From Candidatus Eiseniibacteriota bacterium (GTDB lineage: Bacteria; Eisenbacteria; RBG-16-71-46; CAVPCR01), in assembly GCA_963702435.1 (NCBI GenBank), contig CAVPCR010000005.1:145721-209720 (forward strand): DNA of 64,000 bases, read 5' to 3'. The stretch's first letter is position 1. Every line of letters begins with the position of its first letter. The notes under the pieces were generated by a model that saw nothing but the letters and a program-made list of their open reading frames with translations, made no database searches and was not told the origin of the DNA. The translations under genes were made by a program, and so were the position numbers. Positions 19,382 to 36,741 of the stretch are shown one piece after another.

Positions 19382-22300
19382 TCAGGGGACGGCTATCACC
19401 GTGGCCGGGAGCTCGCGCACGATGATCTCCCCGGCAGCGCTCGCCTCGACGCGGGCGCCGTTGACCGTGGCGGAGCGAACGGCCGCGAGCGGGGTGCGAA
19501 CGGCAATCCCGCCCGGTGGGATGCGGGTGCCGGCCTCGATCTTGACCTCGACGCTCGCGTCTCCCGCGCCCGCGTGCCGCATGGTGAACGAGAGCGGACC
19601 GTGGTGCGTGCTGAGGTTCCGCACCGTGAGGCCCGGTCCGGCGAGCCACTCGCTCGGTACGCCCGCGCCGAGGACGAGCGACTCGTCCGCCTCGCGCTCG
19701 TACGCGAGCATGTCGAGGATGGAGCGGATGAAGTCCGATCCGACCCAGGTGTGCGGGAGGTCGCCGACGAAGTGCGGGACGCGGTCCTCGCGGCGCACCA
19801 CCTCCGGCCACTGCCGCCAGCCGGTCGGCTTCTGCTGCGTCAGGAACCAGCGCGTGAGCTCCTGGGCGCGATCCCGCCAGCCGAGGCGCACGAAGGCGCC
19901 GATGTTCCGCATCTCGTAGGGCGTGAACGCATCCCACGGCGCGCCGTCGCGCCGCGCGGTGAAGAACTCCCAGTAGCGCTCGAACGTGCGCTCGAGCGCG
20001 GCCGGATCGAGGATCGCGGCGGCGTTGGTCGGGGCCAGGGCGATCGTGGTCGAGGTGGCGTCGAAGTCGCCGAGATCGGCGCATCCCGGGATGTAGTCGA
20101 TCGCGTGCACGCGCCGGGCCGCCTCGACCGAGGCGGCGAGGTCATGGGCGAACTCGTCGCGGATCGCGGCGAGGCGGGCCGCTTCGGCCGGGTGGCCCAG
20201 TTCGGCCGCGAGGAACGTTGCGTCCTTGAAGCCGAGGAAGGCGAAGAAGTCGTCCCAGTAGGAGTGCATCGGCTTCGCCGAGTAGCCCTCGTGGCTGATC
20301 GAGGGCGGGAGGAGCCCGTAGAAATGGAGTTTGTCAGGGGTCTCGTACTCCGGCGTCCGGCGCTCGTGGCGGAGCGAGTCGAGATAGGCGGCCGCGGCGA
20401 CGACGCGCGGCCACATCGCCGCGGCGAGCGTGCGATCGCGCGTGTGCCGGTAGTACTCGGCGACGAGGTAGATGAACTCGCCCGATGAATCGTGCTCCGG
20501 CACCGGATCGGCGCCCCGCCAGTCGACGACGCAGGGGATCTTCCCGTTCGGATACTGGTGGGGCGCGAACCACTCGATGAACTCGCGCACCGCATCCGCG
20601 TGCCCGAGGCGCAGCAGCGCCGTCGAGGTGAGCGAGCCGTCGCGGATCCAGGAGCGCGCGTAGGCCCGCGTGCCCGGCTGGATGGCGGGACCGGCGCGGT
20701 TGACGAGGATGTAACGGAGCTGAGCGCGCAGGGACTCGGCGATCCACTCCGCAGGCGCCGGAAGTGAGCGGAGGTCGATCGTGGCCCGTTGCATGGACGA
20801 GTCCCAGGCGCGCCAGTACGCCCCCACCTGCTCCGTCACCCAGTCGAACGCTGCGCTCTGGCCCTCGACCATGGGCGGCGGCGGCGAGTCCGCGTGGAGC
20901 GGAATGACGACATGCACCTGGTCCTTGCCGATGTAGTACGGCTTTCCCGCCGTCGCGACATTCATGGGGAATGCAAGCACAGCGGATGCGGCACCGAAGG
21001 CGTCCTCGACGGCGCTCTTGTCCGGCAGCCTGCCTTGCGCCAGGTAGTCGGCGACGGCGTCGCCCTGGTCGAACGTCGCCGCCCCGAAATCCGCTGGTGG
21101 AGTGAGGCAGAAGAAGGCCGGTCGCCCATTGGCGCGCAGGATGCGTCCGTCCACGGCCAGATCGCGGATCGGCGCCGTCCCGCCGAGCTTGTTGAGGAAC
21201 TGAGCCGGGGGATTCACCTGGAACGGGCGCACGGCGAGGCAAAGGGTGGCCTGCACCGGCTCTGCCGACGAGTTGGAGACCCCGTAACTGACGACAATCG
21301 ATGACGCGCCGGGATCGCCGGTCGCGAATGCGTTCACCGAGAGGTGGAGCGGCGGGACCTCGCGCGAGACGGAAGGCATCACCTCCAACCCCTGACTCGT
21401 CGTCCCCTCGGCCCAGGTGAACAGCGTGTCCCCGACCATGAGGAACGGCTCGATCGAGAAATGCTCCTCCCCCGCCTCGATCGCTCCGTCCTCGCTGAAC
21501 AGGACCTCGCGGCGGTCGTTGTCGGCGCCGACCACCGTCCAGTAGCTCTGCTCGCCCGACATCCCGCGCGGGTAGAGCCCGCGCCGCGCATCGGCCGCGA
21601 TCGCCTGGAAGAACGCCTCGCGTGTGGCCGACCAGGCGAGCGGCTGGACGGCGACCGCGGCGAGCGCCGCGCGCTCCGCCGCTTCCGGCGCGCCGGTCAG
21701 GCGCACCCGCACGTGGCGCGATTCGCTCTCCGGGAGATACAGGTAGTCGCGGCCGCCGTTCCCGCCCGCGACCGTGCGCGCGGCCGTCCACGGGCCGCCG
21801 CCCTCCTCCGCCGTCTCGATCACGTAGTCGCTCGCGCCGCCCTCGGGCGCCCAGTCGAGGACGAGCCCGCCATACTCGCGCGGCACGCCGAGATCGAGCG
21901 CGAGCCACGGGGCGCGATCGCCGGCGGCCGGACGCCACGCGGTCGTCGAATCGCCATCGAGCGCGCGCGCCGCCGCGTGCCCGCCTTGCGCCGAGGAAGC
22001 GCTCGCCACCGGCGGCGGCGGCGCCTGGTCGGCCGGCGGGAGCGGCGTGAGGGTCGAGATCGTCGATCCACACGCTTCCCTGGCCGCCGCTCCCCGCGGT
22101 GACGACGATCTCGAGCGCGGCGACATGCCGGATCTCGCCCCCGCCCTGCGGTCCCCAGGCGAAGGCGATCTGGCGCTTCTTGATCGCGAACTTCTGCCAC
22201 TCTGCAGGGAAGACGTAGTCGCGGCGCACGAACCACCAGACGTTCTCGCCCGTCGCGTCGAGGAGCTTGAACTCGACGTGATTGGACGGCGCCGCGCCCC

Positions 22301-22484
22301 GCACGCGGAAGGAGAATGCGTAGTTCTCAGGAAGGTGGAGCGCCATCTTCCGCCGCGCCACCGCGTAGCCGCCGCCGCTCTTGAAGTGGAAGTCGAGCCG
22401 CATGCGCGCCGCCGCGGCGCCCGGCTCCGAGCGCAATCGCGAGATCGACGCCGTCGGCCGGGAAGGGCGCCCAGGCGGCGACAT
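19382..22484 (-). pseudogene. CBM-like + F5/8 (discoidin) domain + (alpha/alpha)6-barrel glycoside hydrolase (GH15/GH63-like), with a frameshift near 22060
   Basis: The N-terminal domain sits in the 20334..22484 frame (...GSVWIDDL). It continues in the 19382..22852 frame (LTPLPP.. discoidin motif ALDGDSTTAW ... SWIRDGSLTSTALLRLG (GH15-type) ...). Downstream of the shift the reading frame is intact for about 900 aa. Confidence 0.6.
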
Positions 22485-22581
22485 CCGTCGAAGTCGTCGA
22501 TCACGGCTCGGGGCCGTCGGCGGCGGTTGCGCCGCCCGCTCAGGAGCAGAGGCGACGGGCGATCCCGCCGAGAATGCCGTC

Positions 22582-23487
22582 TCACGCCCTTGACGCTGCC
22601 CGCCAGGATGCCACGGACGTAGCCCGCTGGAAAACGAGGAAGACGAGCAGCGCCGGGAGCACGGTCAAGACCGATCCCGCCATCATGAGCTCGGTGTCCT
22701 GCACGTGCTCGCCGGCCAGGTTGGCCAGCGCGACCGGGAGCGTGTACGTCGCGCCTGTCGCTCAGGATGATCAGCGGCCACATGAAGTCGTTCCACGCGG
22801 AGAGGAAGGTGAACGTGGCGAGCGTGACGAGGATCGGCTTGATGACGGGCACGACGATCGGTCAGGAAGATGCGCGAACTCGCCCGCGCCGTCCACGCGC
22901 GCCGCGTCGAGGAGATCGTCCGGGATGCCGAGGGCGTACTGGCGGACGAGGAAGATGCCGAAGACGCTCGCGAGGTAGGGGACCAGCACCCCGACGTAGG
23001 TGTTCACGAAGCCCGAGCTCGCGCAGGAGGAGGAAGAGCGGCAGCATGCCGACCTGCGCCGGCACGACGAGCGCCAGCATGAGGACGCGGAAGAGCCGGT
23101 CCCGCCCGCCGAAGCGGAGCTTGGCGAAGGCGTAGCCGGCCATGCCCGTTGACGAGCACCGAGAGGAGCGTGGCGACCGATGGTGATGAGCGCGCTGTTC
23201 AGGAAGTGGCGCGCGAGGTCGAGCCGGGTGAAGAGCGCGACGTAGTGCTCGAGCGTCGGCCGGCTCGGCCAGAAGCGGCGGCGGGACGTGTTCGCCTCCC
23301 CCGTCGGCATGAAGGAGGCCGCGACCATCCAGGCGAGCGGCGTCAGCGTGATCGCGGCGCCGAACACGAGCGCCGCGTGCAGCAGGAACGACGCGCGAGC
23401 CGCCGGCTCATCGCCCGTTCTCCGCTGCGGAGCCGCGAGCTGGAGGAGCGTGCCGGCGAGCGTGATCACGAGGAGGAGGACCGCCAT
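22582..23487 (-). pseudogene. ABC sugar transporter permease (MalG-like) with at least 3 frameshifts
   Basis: Fragments AGYAFAKLRFGGRDRLFRVLMLALVVPAQVGMLPLFLLL, PILVTLATFTFLSAWNDFMWPLIILS, TLPVALANLAGEHVQDTELMMAGSVLTVLPALLVFLVFQR and YVRGILAGSVKG* lie in three different frames. Confidence 0.6.
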
Positions 23488-24242
23488 GCGTCGAGGCGAT
23501 CCCCATCCGCCACCAGCGGAAGCCCTCCTCGTACATGAGGAGGACGACGCTCGTCGTGCTCCGGAGCGGCCCGCCCTGCGTCATCACGTAGGGCTCGGCG
23601 AAGAGCTGGAAGTAGCCGATCATGGTCGTCACGCCCACGAACAGGAAGGTCGGCGCGAGCCCCGGCAGGGTGACGTGCCGGAAACGCTGCCAGGCGCCTG
23701 CGCCGTCGATCGACGCGGCCTCGTAGAGCTCCTCCGGGATCGCTCTGCAGCCCGGCGACGAAGATGAGCATGTTGTAGCCGAAGTTCTTCCAGACGGCGA
23801 GGAGGATGATCGCCGGCATCGCCCACGCGGATCGCCGAGCCAGTCGATCGGACCGAGGCCGAACCAGCCGAGGGCGTGGTTCAGGAGACCCGTAGCGCGG
23901 GTGATAGAGGTAGCGCCAGACGATGGCGACCGCGACGAGGGTGGTCACCACCGGGGCGAAGTAGATGGTGCGGAAGAGCGCGCGGAGCTTGACCGCGCGC
24001 GCATTGAGGAGGAGCGCCGCGCCGAGCGAGACGAGGACCGAGAGCGGACCGCCGACGAGGACGAAGTAGAGCGTGTTCCGGAGCGCCTGCCAGAAGAGCG
24101 AGCTCGTGAGCGTCGCCGACGTAGTTCTTGAGCCCGACGAAGCGGGCCGTGTCACGGGGCGCCGATCGCGTAGATGTCGAAGTCGGTGAGGCTCAAGCAG
24201 GAGACCGGCCAGCACCGGCAGGACGAAGAAGAGCCCGATCAA
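23484..24242 (-). pseudogene. ABC sugar transporter permease (MalF-like), frameshifted
   Basis: LRNTLYFVLVGGPLSVLVSLGAALLLNARAVKLRALFRTIYFAPVVTTLVAVAIVWRYLY in one frame, then AMPAIILLAVWKNFGYNMLIFVAGLQS after a frame break. Confidence 0.55.
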
Positions 24243-24249
24243 CGCCGAG

Positions 24250-25625
24250 CGCGGGCGCGAGGAAGAGCCAGGCCGCCCGCGCCTTCCGGCGCTCGATGTG
24301 GGCGCCGCGCGCGCTCATGGCGCGACCGCTCCGCGCTGCGCCGGCCCGGGCGAGCAGCCAGCGCCGCTTCTCGAGGATGCGCTCGACGTCCGCGTCGAGG
24401 AGCGCGAGCGCCGAGTCGGCCGCGACGGCGCCGCGCGACCGCCATCTCGGACCGCTCCTGCACGCGGATCGCGATCTGCTCCCACTCGGGGATCTTCGGC
24501 GTCGCCACGACGCGGCGGAGCTGTCGCCGGAAGGCGCGGATGTTCGGGTCGCGCGGCGAGGGAGGAGTCCTCCCAGGCCTGCGACCGCGCCGGCAGGTCG
24601 CCGGTCAGCGCGTAGAAGCGGAGCTGCTGTCCGGGCGCGGACAGGAACTCGATGAACTTCCACGCCGCCTCCGGGTGCGGCGAGCTCGCGAAGAGGACGA
24701 GGCTCGAGCCGCCGGCGAGCGAGACGCCCGGATGCGCCGCGTCGGGCCCGGGAAGGGCGCCGTCGCCCACGCGTCCTGCAGTCTCGGGCGGCAGCCGCCG
24801 CCGGAACTCGCCGAGGTTCCACGGGCCGGTGATGTACATGGCGAAGTAGCCGCGCGCGAACTCCTGGTACATGTTCGCGATCTCGTTGTTGCCGACCGGC
24901 GGGGCGAGCCCGTCCCGGAAGAGTCCAGGTAGAAGTCGAAGGCGCGGCGGAACGCGGGCTCGCTGAAGGCCCCGCGACGTCGCACTCGTCCGCCAGGAGC
25001 GGCGAGCCGGCCTGGAGCCCGAGGATCACCGGCTGCGCACCACTCGTTGAGCGGCAGGAAGATGGCATACCGATCGGCGCCGACCTGGCGCTTGACCGCC
25101 TCCATCGCCGCCCGCCACGCGGGCCAGGTCGGCCGGCATCGCAGTCGATAGCCGGCCGCGGCCAGGATGTCCTTGCGGTAGAAGAGCAGGCGCGTGTCCA
25201 CGTACCACGGGATGCCGTACGGCGACGCCGTCGACCACGTTCGTGCTCCAGATGCCCGGAGAAGAAGTGCGTCGGGCCGCACGGCCGCCGACCGCCTCGA
25301 TCCACGGCGTCGAGCGGGGCGAGGGCGCGGAGCGCGACGAACTCGGCGAATCCAGGTGTTCCCGAGCTGCGCGAGGTCGGGCGTCGAGCGGCCGACGAAG
25401 GCGGTCAGGAGCTTCTCGTGCGCGGCCGACCACGGGACCTGCTGCACCTCGACCCGGATCCCCGGATGCGCGCGCTCGAACTCCGGGACCAGCTCCTGGC
25501 CACCACCTCACCCTCGCGCCCCATGCCCCCAGAAGCGGAGCACCGTCTCGCCGATCCTCGCCCGCGCGCCGGCAGCCGGCGAGGAGGAGGATGAGGGCGA
25601 GCAGGAGGACGCGCGGCGGCGACCG
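24250..25625 (-). pseudogene. ABC transporter extracellular solute-binding protein (family 1), frameshifted
   Basis: Lipoprotein signal RVLLLALILLLAGC. Then GETVLRFWG..., QQVPWSAAHEKLLTAFVGRSTPDLAQLGNTWI, YGIPWYVDTRLLFYRKDIL and MYQEFARGYFAMYITGPWNLGEF are spread over three frames. Coordinates are approximate. Confidence 0.5.
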
Positions 25626-25749
25626 CCGAGCGTGGCGCGCGGCTCCGCTCGATCGTCCCGCCTTGCCCGCCTTCGGCGCGTCGAGCCAGCCGCCGCTGAA
25701 ACCGGCCGCCTGAGACCGCGGACCACATGCGGGTTCTTCCGCATGGTCC

Positions 25750-27121
25750 GCCAGACGAGCCCGCTCCGGTAGTTCTCGACCATGGCCAGGATCGGCCCCT
25801 GGTCGATGCCCAGGTAGTCGGTGTCGAACCAGCCCGCGCGCCGGATCGACCCGGCCGTGCTGCACCGGGACCGTCGAGCGTGAAGGTCGGATTGAACGCG
25901 TCGAGGAAGCCGTACGGTCGAGAAGACGTTCTCGCCGTACCGCTCGCGCATCGAGAGGAGTGTCGGCACCACGAGCTCGGGGGCGAAGGCGATCGAGCCG
26001 CCCGCGGCCGGACGGCGACAAGGTGCCGTCGTCCTGGACCTCGGTGAACGAGGCGCCGCGCGCCCAGTAGGTGTGGAACTCGGCGCTTCCGGCCGTCGAT
26101 CTCGACCTCGCGATCGACCGGCCGTCGCAGGCGGTGAGCCCCCAGATGCTCCGGTCCGTAGCCGGCCCAGCCGGCCGGATTGGCCACCGCGTAGGCGTGC
26201 TGCGCGAGGACGGCGCGGCGCGAGTTCTCGAAGTAGTCGATCCCGCGCTCGCGCATCGCTGCGTCCTGGATGCCGCGGAGATCGATCCACACGTGCGTGT
26301 ACTGGTGCCCGAAGAGCGGAGCGAACCCGACGTGCTCCTGGCCCTGGAAGCTCGCCCCAGCGGTACCCGCTCGGTCCCACGCCGACCACGCCACGGCGAG
26401 CGACCGGATGGGTCGGCGAGCCGAGCGCCAGGAGGTAGAGAAGCATCGCCTCGTTGTAGCCGCGCCAGTCGTAGGGGAGGAAACCGCCCTCCGGAGTCCA
26501 GCCGTGGCCGATCGTGGGCGGCCGCACCTGCGCCCACTGCCAGTCGACGCGCGCGTAGAGCGAGTCGGCAACGGCCGCGGATCCGGACCTCGTCGCCGGC
26601 CATCCTGGTCGAAGTAGCGACTGGCAGAAGAGCACGCCGGCCAGCAGGAGCGCCGTGTCCATGGTCGAGAGCTCGACGTCCTCGAAGCGGGCTCCCGTCT
26701 CCGGGTCGAGGAAGTGGTAGAAGAACCCGCGGTACCCGCTCGCGCCGGCGCGCGCCGTGTCCTGCCGCGCGGCGGCGAGGAAACGAAGCGTCGACAGCAC
26801 GCGGGTCGCGCGCCTCCTCGCGCGAGATGTAGCCGCGCTCGACGCCGATCGGATAGGCGGTGAGCGCGAAGCCGGTGGCGCCGACGCTGGCGAAGGAGCG
26901 GGTCGGCGCAGCGATCCGGGGCGAGGCCGGTCTGCGGGTCGGCAAGATCCCAGAAGTAAGCGGAAGGTGCGCTCCTCGAGCGTGTCGAGGAAGGCGCTCT
27001 CGTGGGCGGCGAGCGCCGGCAGCGCGGAGGTGGAGCGGGTGTCCGGCGTCTCGCGCTGGCAGGAAGAAAGGAGCACCCCGCACACACAGGATGCCGCGAT
27101 CAGGATCGCCCTTCCCCGCAT
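25750..27121 (-). pseudogene. GH144/DUF3131-like (beta-1,2-glucanase-like) lipoprotein, fragmented over three frames
   Basis: Lipoprotein signal MRGRAILIAASCVCGVLLSSC. Segments GFFYHFLDPETG..ELSTMDTALLLAGVLF, ATGFALTAYPIGVERGYISREEA, HVGFAPLFGHQYTHVWIDLRG and GWFDTDYLGIDQGPILAMVENYRSGLVWR each sit in a different frame. Coordinates are approximate. Confidence 0.5.
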
Positions 27122-27260
27122 CACCTGGGCCCTCCCCGCCGCCGGTGGCCTTGCACTGCCGTGGCCGAGAGCAACGCACCGGACTGCCGCAGGAGAAGCT
27201 AGCACACGCCCCCGGGCACGGGAAGTCCGGGCGGGTGCATCCGGGCAACCAGGGCGAACG

Positions 27261-29234
27261 CTAGGGCCCGCGGGGCGCGCCGCGCGCGGTCATCGCGGTC
27301 TCGACTTCATGCAGGAGCCGGCGCAGGCTCTCCCGCTCACCGCGCCGATAGGGCGGCACTTCGGCGAGAGCGATCGCGAAGCACCGCCGCGCCGGGTCGA
27401 GGTCTCCGAGCGCGTAGAGCGCCGATCCGAGGTTCGCGTAGAGCTCGCGATGCGCGCCGCCGCTCGCGCGGAGACCCGCCGCCGAGTAGGACGCGAGACC
27501 GCGCCAGTCGCCGCCCAGGTAATGAAAGACGCCGAGCGCATAGTCCTCGACCGGATAGGACTGCCGGTGGACGAACCCGTCGAGCCAGCGCTCGAGACGC
27601 CCGCGGCGCGGCGGCCCGAGCCCGGGCACGGTGGCGAGATCGAGCGGGAGCGGAACCCCGGCGTCCAGGCGCCGCGCGCTCTCGTCGATCGCATCCTCGG
27701 CTGCTCGATCGGCGAGGACGAAGACCGCGGCGAGGTGATCGTAGTAGGCGAGTCGCCATCGCCGGTCGGCAAGGAGCATGCCCAGCAATTCGGGTCGGTC
27801 GCGATAGGGAAAGACGGCCCACCCCGCCCCGTGGCGGCGGGCCGTGGCCGTGAACGCGTCCGGCGAGCGCAGGGATTCCATCCACACGCCGTAGAATTCC
27901 TCGCCCATCACCTCGAGGCGGCCGTCGATGAAGACCGGACGCGCGAGCGCATAGCCGAGATGACCGCCGAAGTTCAGGTCATTGAACATGCGGCCGGGAA
28001 GCCGCGCGCGGCACGCGTAGGCGGCCGCGTCGACCGGCAGGAGGTAGCGGTTCCAGCCGAACCCGAAACGCTCGAGCCGCCCGCGTCCGACGTAGTACGC
28101 GTCGTTCACGACGCGGAGCCCGAAGAGGACCGCGGCGAGCGCGATCGCGGCGAGGACGGCGCGTTCGCCGCGCCGCGCTGCGCGCGTGCCGAGACCCGCC
28201 CGCCGGAGGAGCGCGCCGAGCGGAAGCGCCCACGCGGTGCCCGGCACGCAGGCGATCGCGAGGAGCGGCGCGTTCCGGACCATGCTCAGAGCGAGGGCAG
28301 TGAACGCGATCGCAAGGAGGACGTGGGCCGGACGGCGAGCCTTCCAGAGCGGAACGAGCGAGAAGAGGACGAGCGCGATGAAGGCGAAGAGGCTCACGAT
28401 CGGCACGAGGTAGAGCCCCAGGTTCTCTCCGCCGAGTGTGGCGAAGGGCGATTCGTATTCACCGATCGTCTCGTGGAACAGGTGCCCGCTCGCAAGCCGC
28501 GTGGCGAGGACGAGCGCCATCGCGACGCCGCGCGCACCGAAGGGGTTCACGAACACGGCGGCGGCGGCCGCGGCGCTCGCGGCGAGGAGCCGCCGGTCGA
28601 GACGGCGATCCCGGATCCATGCCCCGATGTTGAAGCAGCAGAGCGCCACGAACCCGACCACGAAGAGACTATGGATGTTGCTCCAGAGCGCGAAGAGAAC
28701 AGGCAGCGCCCAGAGCGGCGCAGGGCCCTTCTCGGCGTGACGCGTGAGGATGTGGAGCGTCGCGGCGAGGAGGACATACGAGCCGAGCTCCGGGCGCACC
28801 TCGAAGCGCTCCTCGGAGAGAAGCACGCCGAGGAAAACGAGGAACGCGAGGCTCGCCGCGTTGCAGGGGGCGAGACGCGCAGTTCGCGCGACGATCGCGA
28901 AGGCGGCGACGGCAAGGAAGAGATGAAGGATGATCATCCCGGCTGTGCCGCCCGCGGACGCGGCGAGGGCAAGGACCACGTCATAGCCCCAGCTCGTGTT
29001 CACGTCGCGATGGTCGGTCACCGTGTGGGTAAGCGTGTCGAAGCGCGGGATCTCGCGGCTCGCAAGGATGACGTACCCGCGCGCGAGATGGAATCCCGCA
29101 TCGGGGCTCCCGACCTGGCGGAGCGAGAGAAGCGCTAGAACGAGGAAGACGAGGAGGAGCGAGAGCGACCCGCCACGACGCGTCGGGGCGGGCGCCGGAG
29201 AGTCGATGGAATCGGCGGCGGAGAACGCGAACAT
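27261..29234 (-). CDS. polytopic membrane protein, GT-C (ArnT/PMT-like) glycosyltransferase-like, with a C-terminal periplasmic domain
   Basis: At least 10 predicted TM helices followed by a soluble C-terminal region. No precise family assignment is possible. Start taken at MFAFSAA (29234), because the ORF-track start overlaps the divergent Rrf2 gene. Confidence 0.5.
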   Translation of the reverse strand: MFAFSAADSIDSPAPAPTRRGGSLSLLLVFLVLALLSLRQVGSPDAGFHLARGYVILASREIPRFDTLTHTVTDHRDVNTSWGYDVVLALAASAGGTAGMIILHLFLAVAAFAIVARTARLAPCNAASLAFLVFLGVLLSEERFEVRPELGSYVLLAATLHILTRHAEKGPAPLWALPVLFALWSNIHSLFVVGFVALCCFNIGAWIRDRRLDRRLLAASAAAAAAVFVNPFGARGVAMALVLATRLASGHLFHETIGEYESPFATLGGENLGLYLVPIVSLFAFIALVLFSLVPLWKARRPAHVLLAIAFTALALSMVRNAPLLAIACVPGTAWALPLGALLRRAGLGTRAARRGERAVLAAIALAAVLFGLRVVNDAYYVGRGRLERFGFGWNRYLLPVDAAAYACRARLPGRMFNDLNFGGHLGYALARPVFIDGRLEVMGEEFYGVWMESLRSPDAFTATARRHGAGWAVFPYRDRPELLGMLLADRRWRLAYYDHLAAVFVLADRAAEDAIDESARRLDAGVPLPLDLATVPGLGPPRRGRLERWLDGFVHRQSYPVEDYALGVFHYLGGDWRGLASYSAAGLRASGGAHRELYANLGSALYALGDLDPARRCFAIALAEVPPYRRGERESLRRLLHEVETAMTARGAPRGP

Positions 29235-29315
29235 CACCGAGTATACTGCCACAGGCGACCCGCAACCCCCGATTATTCTTGACCAACGAGTCCCTTCTGT
29301 TCTATCGATTGTGGG

Positions 29316-29768
29316 GTGAGTCACGGCATCTCACGCGCCGCGCAGTACGCGGTGCGCACCCTCGTCCACCTCGCGCTCGAGCGTGATGCAGCGGCCTCCC
29401 CGGTCAGGGACATCGCGGAGGCCGAGGGGATTCCGCCGCACTTCCTGGCCAAGCTCGTCGGGAAGCTGGCGCGGGCCGGCCTCGTCGATGCGTTCAAAGG
29501 CCCCGGGGGAGGCATCCGCCTGGCCAAGCCCCCGACCCGGATCAAGCTCATGCAGGTGATCGAGGCCGTGGACGGCCCCGCATTCCTGTCCGCGTGCTTT
29601 CTCGGACTTCGCTCGTGCTCGGACGAACAGCCCTGCGCCATGCATGAGAACTGGAAGGCGCTGCGCACGCGGCTGGCCGCCGACTTCGATCGGATCACGA
29701 TCGCCGAGCTCGCCGCGTCGGCGCGACGAAACCCGCCGGCCGCGGGCGGATCCGGCGCGGCGCGGTAG
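29316..29768 (+). CDS. Rrf2-family (IscR/NsrR-like) transcriptional regulator with a three-Cys Fe-S ligand pattern
   Basis: N-terminal wHTH ([13 protein letters not shown]...[27 protein letters not shown]) and a C-x6-C-x5-C cluster ([14 protein letters not shown]). Confidence 0.8.
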   Translation: MSHGISRAAQYAVRTLVHLALERDAAASPVRDIAEAEGIPPHFLAKLVGKLARAGLVDAFKGPGGGIRLAKPPTRIKLMQVIEAVDGPAFLSACFLGLRSCSDEQPCAMHENWKALRTRLAADFDRITIAELAASARRNPPAAGGSGAAR

Positions 29769-29862
29769 AGCCCACGTTCCGGTTGCCGCCGCGCCCCCGA
29801 GGTCCTACCATCGACCCCTTGCCCACCACGACCCCGTTCACCCTGTTCGACTTCACTCTACG

Positions 29863-35475
<5,613 letters not shown>

Positions 35476-35571
35476 GGCGGCGGCGAAAACGGCAGCGCGG
35501 TGCCGCTTGCCGGGCGGGCGTCGATCGCGTAGCATCACCGGTCCCCGATCCCGCGCCGCGAGGAGCAACCC

Positions 35572-36741
35572 GTGGATTTCGACTTCGCGCCCGAACAGGA
35601 GCTCTTCCGCAAGACCCTCCGGCAGTTCGCCGAGGAGGAGATTCGCCCCCACGTCCGCGAGTGGGATGAGCACCAGCACTTCCCGCGCGACGTGTTCAAG
35701 AAGCTCGGCGACCTCGGGATCATGGGCATCATCTTTCCCGAGGACTACGGCGGTTCCGGCCTCGGATACATCGACTACGTGCTCGCGGTCGAGGAGCTGT
35801 CGCGAGTGGACGGTTCGGTCGGGATCACGGTCGCGGCGCACAACTCGCTGTGCACGAACGCCATCTTCGAGGCGGGCACCGAGGAACAGAAGCGCCGCTA
35901 CATCCCGAAGCTCGCGAGCGGCGAGTGGATCGGCTCGTGGAGCCTGACCGAGCCGACCGCGGGCTCCGATTCCGGCGGCACCAAGACCGTGGCGCGCCGG
36001 GACGGGGACACCTACATCCTGAACGGCTCGAAGACCTTCGCCACGCAGGGCACGCAGTGCGACGTGGCCGTCGTCTACGCCACGATCGATCCCAAGCTCG
36101 GGAAGAAGGGCATCACCGCCTTCATCATCGAGAAGGGCACGCCCGGCTTCCGGGCGGGGAAGAAGGAGGACAAGCTCGGGCTGCGCGCCTCCGACACCGC
36201 CGAGCTCGTCATGCAGGACTGCGTGGTGCCGGCTGCCAATCGCCTCGGCGCAGAGGGCGAGGGCTTCCACGACGCGATGAAGATCCTCGACGGCGGGCGC
36301 ATCTCGATCGCCGCGCTCGCGCTCGGCATGGCCGAAGGCGCCTTCGCGGCGGCGCTCGCCTACTCGAAGGAGCGCGAGCAGTTCGGGCAGCCGATCGCCC
36401 AGTTCCAGGCCATCCAGAACATGCTGGCCGACATGGCCAAGGAGATCGACGCCGCCCGTCTCCTCACCTACCACGCGGCGTGGATGAAGGATCGCGGCAT
36501 GCGCGTGACGCGGCACTCGGCGATGGCCAAGCTCTACGCGTCCGAAGTGGGCGTGCGGGCAACCAACGATGCGATCCAGATCTTCGGCGGCTACGGTTAC
36601 ACCAAGGACTTCCCGGTCGAGAAGTTCTACCGCGACATGAAGCTGTGCACGATCGGCGAGGGCACGTCGGAGATCCAGCGCCTGGTGATCGCGCGCGAGC
36701 TATTGAAGGAGTCGGCGGCGGCGGGAGCCGGAGCGCGGTAG
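35572..36741 (+). CDS. acyl-CoA dehydrogenase (short/medium-chain type)
   Basis: Full-length ACAD fold signatures ([32 protein letters not shown], catalytic-base region). GTG start with a GAGGAG RBS. Confidence 0.85.
   Translation: MDFDFAPEQELFRKTLRQFAEEEIRPHVREWDEHQHFPRDVFKKLGDLGIMGIIFPEDYGGSGLGYIDYVLAVEELSRVDGSVGITVAAHNSLCTNAIFEAGTEEQKRRYIPKLASGEWIGSWSLTEPTAGSDSGGTKTVARRDGDTYILNGSKTFATQGTQCDVAVVYATIDPKLGKKGITAFIIEKGTPGFRAGKKEDKLGLRASDTAELVMQDCVVPAANRLGAEGEGFHDAMKILDGGRISIAALALGMAEGAFAAALAYSKEREQFGQPIAQFQAIQNMLADMAKEIDAARLLTYHAAWMKDRGMRVTRHSAMAKLYASEVGVRATNDAIQIFGGYGYTKDFPVEKFYRDMKLCTIGEGTSEIQRLVIARELLKESAAAGAGAR

Noticed and set aside
19840-20595. 251-aa minus-strand ORF inside the GH15-like gene
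   Set aside because: Ser/Arg/Thr-rich junk in a third frame. The main frame through this region is intact and family-typical.
22574-22978. 134-aa + strand ORF across the MalG/GH15 junction
   Set aside because: Antisense to the clearly recognisable permease C-terminus. No features of its own.
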